This document shows, in pieces, positions 8,447 through 15,600 of a stretch of 35,320 nt of DNA (positions are counted from its first letter, which is position 1; every line of letters starts with the position of its first letter). The stretch lies in sequence record SRR31156797_3944; one strand, given 5' to 3'. Both the position numbers and the translations under genes were made by a program. The notes under the pieces were generated by a model. It saw only the letters and a list, made by a program, of their open reading frames with translations. It had not been told where the DNA came from and did no database searches.

Positions 8447-9952
8447 TCAGTATCCGATGCTTTGCAAAAAATATCGTGTTTGTTCTTTCATTCGGCTTTC
8501 ACTCAATCCTGTAAGTCGAAGCAACTGTGAGTATGTTAGTTTTTCTTCAACAGAATCGTGGTGCTGTATCGTAACAACGATCCTCCGAATTTGGTATTCC
8601 GCAACGCCTTCGCAATTTCTTTCTAAAAAGTGTGACGACAAAGGCAGTTTGTCCATCTTCTTGCCATATGAGATACACTCTGCCTTTTGGCAATACCAAG
8701 TCTTGGAGCGTCGAGGGGCTTCCAGCCTATCAAGATGCTCATTCCTCACTTGTTTAAGCCGTCTTAGAATTTCCAAGTCTCTGAAGTGCCAGTCAACTCT
8801 TTTAGACTCTGACCGTGTTGACTTACGATATTTCGCATTCGTTTGCAGCAACCACTCATGATCATGTCTGTAAAGCCAGGTGTAAATATGGTCGCCACCC
8901 AGTAAGCGACCTTGCCTAGTGCCAAGATCTTTAAGAATCGATAGCCATTCAGCACGCTTTTGGATGAGCTTCTCTTTGGGCATATCCATTTGCGGTAATT
9001 CGCGCGGTAGAGGCTTGGATATAACCGTTTGGCTTGCTTTGGATAGGATGTCGGCAAAAGTCCATTCTGGCCCCATAAGGGCCTCCAGGATCACGATATG
9101 CTCTAAATAGTTGAACGTCTTCCTGTGCTTTCTAACGATCATTCGCAGCCAGGAGGATTGAGTGTCGTCTAGGACGATGCCATGCCGTGCCAATTGTCCT
9201 TCACGCCAACAGAATAGAACTCTTTCTTTAAGGTGATCATATTTGATTTTGCCTCCACGCATGAGACCCAATTCATGGGCAAGGGATCTATAGAATACTC
9301 CCCACTGTTCTGGAGAAGGAGAAAGGCGGGGCGGAAGATTGAGAAGCTCGAAAATCCTATGTTCAATGCGCTTGTCCATCTGATCGGGAGCATTGTGTGG
9401 AATATTGGCGACAGTTGCCGGAGACAAAGCGACAAAATCGTGTCGGCGATAGTTGCGCAGTCTGTGCTGAACCTTAACCAATCCAGCATGTTTAAGGCAG
9501 AATTCACTTCCCGCGGCTTGCCACAGGCGCTCCCAATAGTATTCACCATAACGGTCAAGCTGCTCTGCTAAACAGGTTAGACATACCCTGAAATGTCTTC
9601 TCGACTTAATTCGAGAAGTGGCAATTCCTAATGAAAGGTGAGCAGCACCCTTCGACGGCCCTTTCATCAGCCTAAGGCAGCGCAGTCTTCTAGATTCAGG
9701 AACGAAGGGGGCATAGAGGGGCAGCAACGTGTGATTGTACGCCAGTTGTTCAGGCGTTAGGCCCAGTGATTTAGGATAATGGCTAGATAATACTTTCAGG
9801 TGAGATGGAAGATCGACTGTGGCAATGACCATGCGATTGCCGAAGGCCTCATCGAGCAGACGTTTTGGGCTGATAATGCCGAAATGGACTCCGGCCCGCG
9901 CTACAGTGCTGTACAAAAGTTCTTCAGGGTATGGCACGGGGAAATTCAGCAT
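8447..9952 (-). CDS. tnsD: Tn7 target-site selector TnsD (TniQ family)
   Basis: N-terminal FPVPYPEELLYSTVAR, HTLLPLYAPF, Zn-binding CLTC...YW.RLWQ...CLKH, and C-terminal YTWLYRHDHEWL and RVDW. 501 aa. Confidence 0.93.
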   Translation of the reverse strand: MLNFPVPYPEELLYSTVARAGVHFGIISPKRLLDEAFGNRMVIATVDLPSHLKVLSSHYPKSLGLTPEQLAYNHTLLPLYAPFVPESRRLRCLRLMKGPSKGAAHLSLGIATSRIKSRRHFRVCLTCLAEQLDRYGEYYWERLWQAAGSEFCLKHAGLVKVQHRLRNYRRHDFVALSPATVANIPHNAPDQMDKRIEHRIFELLNLPPRLSPSPEQWGVFYRSLAHELGLMRGGKIKYDHLKERVLFCWREGQLARHGIVLDDTQSSWLRMIVRKHRKTFNYLEHIVILEALMGPEWTFADILSKASQTVISKPLPRELPQMDMPKEKLIQKRAEWLSILKDLGTRQGRLLGGDHIYTWLYRHDHEWLLQTNAKYRKSTRSESKRVDWHFRDLEILRRLKQVRNEHLDRLEAPRRSKTWYCQKAECISYGKKMDKLPLSSHFLERNCEGVAEYQIRRIVVTIQHHDSVEEKLTYSQLLRLTGLSESRMKEQTRYFLQSIGY

Positions 9953-9955
9953 AGC

Positions 9956-11614
9956 CTATCCCGTGTTGAGCCAGTCCTTCATGTCAAAGATCATGGAAGA
10001 TTGCTTCAGATGTCCGTACATGTGGGTATCCGTCTGAGAGAACATAAAACGAAGATCCTTGGATTCCAAAGTATGCCATCTATTTCGAGGAACTGACTTA
10101 GTTTTGGGCTTCGTTTTCTCTTTAGGAAGGTTATTGGATTCATTCCACTCCAGCACCATTGCAACCATATCTTTCATTGTGAGGTCTGGGTGTTCTTGAG
10201 TTACCTGCTTAACCAGTGGCGTAATAGCTGATTTTTCGCATTCCATCGCCAATAGTAGGTCATAAAGCCGTCTTGCTTTAGGATTCCCTTCAAAATCGAT
10301 TAATGTCTTATCGGTTGCTTCTTTGGCCCTAATTGAGGCTGTAAGCTGAAGCACCTTCTTGTCAATCTCAGGAACAATCAGATCCGAGAACACGGCTATA
10401 CGGTCAGGATCTTCAGAGCGCAGTGCCGTCAGCATAGGGTGGACTGGTCGAAGTTCATCCTCGTACACTTTTTCTAAAAGTCCAGGTGTAATTCTTTCCA
10501 CTCCAGCGGCAATGGCACGTAATTGGCCCAAGACAAACAGCTTTACCACTATATCGATGACGCCTTGAGACAAGTTATACCAACATGCTCGCACTTCTTC
10601 GCTCAGGCACTCATCTCGCTGTTGCAACCATTGATAGGTCCAAAGCTTGTCTGTAAACGCAATCCATTCCGTTTTACGGACCTTGCCTGTTTTGTGATCG
10701 ACTACTGGGGCAGGGGCTTTCATGGGCTCCCACAAAAGCGAACCAAAGCCTGCACCTCGTCGCCCCGAACGCAAATCCCTTTCAAAAATTGGTCTAGCCT
10801 TTGGCGTTCCTACAAAGATCACCGGCAGACCAATGACATTTACCAGCGTAACAAAAAAATTAAGCATCTTATCGACGCCGCCCGAGCGCTTACGGCTTAA
10901 ATGCTGTATTTCGTCTATGATGAGGACACCAATGGCATGAGCATTGGCCACCTGGCTCATCATAGCCAAAAGCGTGTCTATTCCATGACGTTTGCGGGTG
11001 TACTTGGTTTCATAATTGGTATGGAGCACCCTATCGAGTGCCCGGAAGAACTGAATGCAAAGATTCTTGAGCGAGCCGTCATGCGGACAATCCACCTTGA
11101 GATAGGTCAATTGGGTGAAGTTGTACTTCTCATGGAAAATGACTTGAGGATACGTCGATAAAATTCGATTCAGGGTTGTGCTTTTCCCGCTTCCAGAGCA
11201 TCCGATAAGTGAGAGGCTAGACGCAGTCGATTTTGCTTGATGAAAGCGACAAACTTTCAGGTCTCCCGTCATGACCCGTTCGTAACCATTCTGCATGTGC
11301 GTGTTCAAAGAGCCATCTTCCAAGTTTCGACCGACGTATCCGCGACGTATCATGATGGATATCTTCTCTTCGAGTTGTAGATGGGCTGCAAGAGGCTGAA
11401 AGAAGTCATCTAATAAAGAAGCAATGATGTGTGCTCGTGTCCGTCCATCCGCGTAGATGTCTCGTGGCTCGAACTGGATGTCGCCAATGAGTCCTCTCTT
11501 GACCTGTTTAAGGGTCATTGATGGGGGCAAAGCCTCAATGAACGGATTCCCTCTGTATTGAGGGATCTCGGCCTCCCGGTAGAAGGCCTTGATCATATTG
11601 GGAGGGAGCGTCAT
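9956..11614 (-). CDS. tnsC: Tn7 AAA+ regulator TnsC
   Basis: YRGNPFIEALP, Walker A GCSGSGKST, KVDCPHDGSLK, Walker B LIIDEIQHL. 552 aa. Confidence 0.95.
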   Translation of the reverse strand: MTLPPNMIKAFYREAEIPQYRGNPFIEALPPSMTLKQVKRGLIGDIQFEPRDIYADGRTRAHIIASLLDDFFQPLAAHLQLEEKISIMIRRGYVGRNLEDGSLNTHMQNGYERVMTGDLKVCRFHQAKSTASSLSLIGCSGSGKSTTLNRILSTYPQVIFHEKYNFTQLTYLKVDCPHDGSLKNLCIQFFRALDRVLHTNYETKYTRKRHGIDTLLAMMSQVANAHAIGVLIIDEIQHLSRKRSGGVDKMLNFFVTLVNVIGLPVIFVGTPKARPIFERDLRSGRRGAGFGSLLWEPMKAPAPVVDHKTGKVRKTEWIAFTDKLWTYQWLQQRDECLSEEVRACWYNLSQGVIDIVVKLFVLGQLRAIAAGVERITPGLLEKVYEDELRPVHPMLTALRSEDPDRIAVFSDLIVPEIDKKVLQLTASIRAKEATDKTLIDFEGNPKARRLYDLLLAMECEKSAITPLVKQVTQEHPDLTMKDMVAMVLEWNESNNLPKEKTKPKTKSVPRNRWHTLESKDLRFMFSQTDTHMYGHLKQSSMIFDMKDWLNTG

Positions 11615-13702
11615 CTATGCATCCTCATCGTCAAAAAGGTCGTCAATGTGGTCAGGGAATTCATACGTATCATTCCATTTTTCATTAAAGGGGACCGTCT
11701 TTGCAACGGCGTTCGTAGCCCCTTCTCTCTTGGTTTTGGGCAAGGTCTTACGCTCTTCTCTTTTCTCGCGTTCCCTGTTGTCACGAATATCTCGAATCCT
11801 TTGTGTGTTGGACGCACTGTTTTTCGCCGGAGTTTTTTCCTCGGCGTCTGCAATGATTTCTGCAACACGGTTTTCGTGTAATCGTTTTTGGGCATCCTGT
11901 CGTAATTTGCTTTTTGCGACAGCCTTCTTTTGATCCTTTTTAATCTTCCACACGTCCCAAAATGAAGCTCCGGCAAACTCTCTTGAGCGAGGCGTCAAAC
12001 GGCATGACCAATATTCAGATAGATCGCTTGAGGGAAACAGGTAGACAACGTCCGCATTGGCAGGATCATATGCAGCCTCAAATCCTGTAGGCCTTCGGAC
12101 TTCGCTAGAACGATGATGCCAGCCCTCAGCAATTACTTCTGAGGATGTGTAGTATACGCCAAATACCGAGACACCGAGAGGAGAAATCGTGGCCCGAGTT
12201 CTTGGCAACAAACTGATTCGAATAGCGTCTTCGTGAGCTGCGCGTAAGCGACCCGTTCTGTGTTGAGTACCCCAATTCCAAATTGACAAAGGAGTCATCT
12301 CCAAATTCGACGGCATATCCGGTTCTCTGTCGTATTTCTCAAGCACGCTGTACTGATTGTGCATCAGTACTGATGAAAGAATAATTCCTTTGAAATCCCG
12401 TATGGAAAGTTTGGCGTCCAATCTGTAATCCCTGCCACCATGTTTTTTTACCATGGTCTCACCTACAACGCCGGGAGCAAATGGTTTAAAGTCAGCTTGG
12501 ATTGTCCTGAAATTGCGTTCAACAATGCCTTTCGCATCTCCTCGATAGGGAGGCGTGTTTTCAATTCGTACAGAAAAACTGCTTTCAAGGGTTTCGATCT
12601 GGTGCCCCAGCAACTCTCCTCTATCAGCCAAAATAGCATCAGGTAGCCCAATTGTAGGCCACTCCGCCTCAGAGATATCGTAATCAAACTCGTTGCAGTA
12701 ATCGACCTTGCTTGCCATGGCCATGGTCAAGGCCTGGATGGCTGCCGGGTAAGATGGATTTTCAAAGCCCACATAGAATCCGGCCACCATACGGCTGAAG
12801 ACATCCATGACGAAATAGACCACAGGCCGACCAACTATATTCCGCCTTTCACTGTCAGACACCAAGTAAATATCTGCAATGGTGGCGTCTATTTCGTAGC
12901 GAGCACCAGGACCAAGCGTCGCTGCTGTAGCGGTCGATGTAAGAGGCCGAGTGTCCTTGTTGAACTCAATCTTACTCTTTCGCTTTTCCAGCGTCTCAGA
13001 AAGTTTGTACTCGCGCTGGTAGAAATACCTCATCTGCCGAAGCGTAGGCATTTCAGCTTCTTCAACATCAGGGAAATACTGTTCGTAAATGTCTTTGAAT
13101 CTACGATGGGCATATGGGAAACTGCATCCCTTGTCCTTCAACAGATATCTGTCGATGGCTATCCGGAACAGACGTTCTGTTTGCTCATCGACAATTGCCC
13201 CAATGCCAGGCGTGAACTCACGAGGCCTTCCAAGCTTTTTCCCGTTCGCTGCTCGCTTTTTCCCCTTTCCTCCGGAGTTCTTATAGTCAGGAAGAAGGGC
13301 GTTGGGCGTTTGCCCTCTTTGCCAGTAGCGCCTCAGCTGCTTGTACAAATGCGGTTTAGACACCTTCCCACTCGAAACGACTTCATTGATCCGAGCGGTT
13401 AACGCCTTGCGATCAAAGTAATCCAGCTCATCAAGAGTCTCCTGGACAAACGCGTAATTGGTATCCCGTTTTACTTGTGCCGTGCTTCCCGGCTCAGGCC
13501 TTTCCATAGCGAGCTCAACATGGGGATCTTCAACCCGGAAAAGAGATTCATCTTCGATAGATTTAGCTAATTCATCGATTAATACGAGCGCAGGGTATGC
13601 ATTAGGATTTTCCAAATCAATCCAAACCAACTGCTCTCCGAGCAGCGAGAGGACCCGAAACAACTGCCCTTCATATTTCAATACTTCATTGATTCTGAAC
13701 AT
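11615..13702 (-). CDS. tnsB: Tn7 DDE transposase TnsB
   Basis: LRRYWQRGQTPNALLPDY, DDE motifs YEIDATIAD / LADRGE / KGIVERNF. 695 aa. Confidence 0.95.
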   Translation of the reverse strand: MFRINEVLKYEGQLFRVLSLLGEQLVWIDLENPNAYPALVLIDELAKSIEDESLFRVEDPHVELAMERPEPGSTAQVKRDTNYAFVQETLDELDYFDRKALTARINEVVSSGKVSKPHLYKQLRRYWQRGQTPNALLPDYKNSGGKGKKRAANGKKLGRPREFTPGIGAIVDEQTERLFRIAIDRYLLKDKGCSFPYAHRRFKDIYEQYFPDVEEAEMPTLRQMRYFYQREYKLSETLEKRKSKIEFNKDTRPLTSTATAATLGPGARYEIDATIADIYLVSDSERRNIVGRPVVYFVMDVFSRMVAGFYVGFENPSYPAAIQALTMAMASKVDYCNEFDYDISEAEWPTIGLPDAILADRGELLGHQIETLESSFSVRIENTPPYRGDAKGIVERNFRTIQADFKPFAPGVVGETMVKKHGGRDYRLDAKLSIRDFKGIILSSVLMHNQYSVLEKYDREPDMPSNLEMTPLSIWNWGTQHRTGRLRAAHEDAIRISLLPRTRATISPLGVSVFGVYYTSSEVIAEGWHHRSSEVRRPTGFEAAYDPANADVVYLFPSSDLSEYWSCRLTPRSREFAGASFWDVWKIKKDQKKAVAKSKLRQDAQKRLHENRVAEIIADAEEKTPAKNSASNTQRIRDIRDNREREKREERKTLPKTKREGATNAVAKTVPFNEKWNDTYEFPDHIDDLFDDEDA

Positions 13703-14510
13703 GAAGCATCTCCTCTATGACCACGGCTTCAGCGACAACCAAATCCAAAGGGGCAAGTTTGCGAAAGGCAATATTGATATCGAACAAGAATATACGCCGG
13801 GCTAACAATTGTCTGATTTCCCGTAAGGTTTCTCCATGTTCAAGCTCGTAAGCCACATCCAGAGACTTGGCGAGGTTGATTAATGTTGACTCTTTGCTTT
13901 CAGCAAAATGGTGACTGTAGAATTCCATTCGATGGCTTAAATCAGCATCAACGATTTCGTCCCGCTGAGCGGGGTAGAGCCACTTAATATTCTCAAGCGC
14001 GACAGAAGGGATTTCTCTTTCAGTCACGAGGTACCATGGAACGCCTTTCTGCTCCCAATATCTGCGCTCCAATTCCAACTTCTCTATCACGCGAGGCTTC
14101 TCAAGCTCGCTGGAATACTTTGCCTGTAGCGCAAAACGCATTTTGGCAGGGTGAGATGTATCAACAAGAAAGTCCGAGGTCATATACTGAAGGACGCCAG
14201 ACGATGAAGGATGAGCAATACCGCTTTGCTCAGCTATCTCGATGGTGAGTTCTCTATGAAGCGGAAATTGTTCTCGGATGTCGGTGACATCCTGCTGCCA
14301 CTCCAAAAGTAGAAATACGGCAAGCTCCAGATCGGAAAAGAGGTGGTGCGTTCGGCGTACATTGTGCCCGAAGACTCGATGGGAACGTCCCTGTGAGGGG
14401 ACATCCCATACGGTCAGCCAAGGTTTATAGTTTTCTTGGCGGCCAGCACCACGCCCCTCATTACGCCAGTGCTCAAACTTCTCGTCGGATGGAGAATATC
14501 GTTTGGACAT
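13686..14510 (-). CDS. tnsA: Tn7 endonuclease TnsA
   Basis: EGRGAG...YKPWL, HHLFSDLE, DIREQFPL, MTSDFLVD, EKLELERRYW. Start set at ATG 14510 (AGGAG RBS). Overlaps the tnsB start. Confidence 0.95.
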   Translation of the reverse strand: MSKRYSPSDEKFEHWRNEGRGAGRQENYKPWLTVWDVPSQGRSHRVFGHNVRRTHHLFSDLELAVFLLLEWQQDVTDIREQFPLHRELTIEIAEQSGIAHPSSSGVLQYMTSDFLVDTSHPAKMRFALQAKYSSELEKPRVIEKLELERRYWEQKGVPWYLVTEREIPSVALENIKWLYPAQRDEIVDADLSHRMEFYSHHFAESKESTLINLAKSLDVAYELEHGETLREIRQLLARRIFLFDINIAFRKLAPLDLVVAEAVVIEEMLHVQNQ

Positions 14511-14686
14511 AAAAGCCGCTCCTAATTTTAAATTGGATGTTAACCAAAGAGAGGCTTGGGGCACAAATAGTAATCTTGCCTAAGGCTTAAAAAAATGAAT
14601 TTTTGGGGTTGAACCATCTTGTCAATTTGCGATATCAAACACTCTATTCACGCAAAAAGCGTGTGAAGATAAGCGGGGGGTAGAAC

Positions 14687-15436
14687 GTGAACAAGAACAA
14701 CCAAAAATCTGATGCTGTCGTAATCGTTGTGAAAGGATTTCTCTCAAACACTAAAGAGCAATCTGGATTTGAGGACTTTTCCAGTGTGTTAGACAGATAT
14801 GACCGTGTAGAGATGGTCGGTTATGATTGGAATACAGGTACGAAGATTGGAATATTTGTCAGAGCAATATTCTCCAGCGTTGTATCTCATCTGTTCAGAA
14901 GGTTGGTATTAGAAGAGCAAGGCAGCGGGGTCAGGCGAGAGCTAGCCCACTTTGCCTTAAACTCTGTAACCATTTCTTACAGAGTTTGGAGAAATGCAAT
15001 GCGCAACTCGCTAATCGCTGCACCTGATTTGCGCCGTTTTATTATAGAGAACCAGCAGACGTATAAAAGGGTGATTATTATTGCGCATAGCTTAGGGTGT
15101 CGTCTGTTGCTCAATGCATTGAAAGAGAGATTAAGTCAGAAGGTTGAGAAAATCTTTTTGGTGGCAGGGGCTGTTGAAGAAAGTAATGATCTGCAATGCC
15201 TTGCAAGGTCAGCCTGCAGTGTGGAGAATCGATTTTCTACGAATGATAATGTGTTAAGGCGATTGTATAAAATTGCTGAATTGAGTGCTCTTGGAAGCCC
15301 AATTGGGGTGGCGGCAGTGGTCTGTGGAGGGATAAATAATATCGATTGCACATCTCTTAAGTGCGGCCATGATTTAGCACCGCACATTGAACCAATCGTT
15401 CAGCGCACATTTCCAAAACGTTTGCTTAGCTCTTAA
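14687..15436 (+). CDS. Alpha/beta-hydrolase fold protein (DUF726/DUF900-like)
   Basis: Nucleophile elbow IIAHSLG, FSTNDNVL (acid) and CGH (His). GTG start with a G-rich RBS. Confidence 0.7.
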   Translation: MNKNNQKSDAVVIVVKGFLSNTKEQSGFEDFSSVLDRYDRVEMVGYDWNTGTKIGIFVRAIFSSVVSHLFRRLVLEEQGSGVRRELAHFALNSVTISYRVWRNAMRNSLIAAPDLRRFIIENQQTYKRVIIIAHSLGCRLLLNALKERLSQKVEKIFLVAGAVEESNDLQCLARSACSVENRFSTNDNVLRRLYKIAELSALGSPIGVAAVVCGGINNIDCTSLKCGHDLAPHIEPIVQRTFPKRLLSS

Positions 15437-15437
15437 C

Positions 15438-15488
15438 AAAAACCGTTTCTGGTACGTGTGGCGAATTCCAACTCCAGAAACGGTTTTT
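15438..15488. terminator. Probable bidirectional terminator inside the Tn7 right end
   Basis: Perfect 15-bp inverted repeat AAAAACCGTTTCTGG (15438-15452) / CCAGAAACGGTTTTT (15474-15488) with a 21-nt loop, between the convergent hydrolase and glmS. Confidence 0.7.
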
Positions 15489-15490
15489 TA

Positions 15491-15535
15491 TTAACAACTT
15501 TATTGTTATGTTAACAACTATATTGTCATGCTACA
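15491..15535 (-). repeat. Tn7 right end: terminal 8 bp and two tandem TnsB-binding sites
   Basis: Minus strand reads TGTAGCAT-GACAATATAGTTGTTAACAT-AACAATAAAGTTGTTAA. On the plus strand, 15491-15510 and 15511-15530 are 18/20 identical direct repeats. Architecture matches Tn7R (TGT-N5-GACAATAAAGT). Confidence 0.88.
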
Positions 15536-15600
15536 ACAGGTGCTATCCTTGAGGTCTGCTGATACCAACCGTGACAGTTTTGGCCTGATGACGGATGGTG
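15536..15600 (-). other. attTn7: predicted 5-bp target duplication ACAGG (15536-15540) and TnsD recognition region in the glmS 3' end
   Basis: The element terminus lies 31 bp after the last Val codon of AKTVTV, the same spacing recalled for E. coli attTn7 relative to AKSVTV. Confidence 0.75.

Larger units (their letters stand above)
1..15535 (-). mobile_element. Tn7-family transposon inserted at attTn7 downstream of glmS; right end at 15535, left end not in window
   Basis: Contiguous tnsABCDE (6840-14510) and a TGT-N5-GACAAT end with two TnsB-type repeats next to the glmS 3' end. The left boundary is unknown, so inclusion of 1-6839 is inferred from the absence of a left end. Confidence 0.8.

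Noticed and set aside
14511-14564. Longer N-termini given by the ORF track (tnsA 14564; also 5211, 23748, 27071, 27910, 29082, 30845, 33353)
   Set aside because: Downstream starts fit better on RBS, family N-terminus or reduced overlap.
1-15535. CRISPR-associated transposon (CAST)
   Set aside because: No cas genes or repeat-spacer array. TnsD is full length and TnsE is present. The 20-bp repeats at 15491-15530 are adjacent TnsB sites without spacers.
15536-15538. Alternative terminus TGTTGTAG at 15538
   Set aside because: 15535 gives the canonical 8 bp before the first TnsB site and the canonical distance from AKxVTV.
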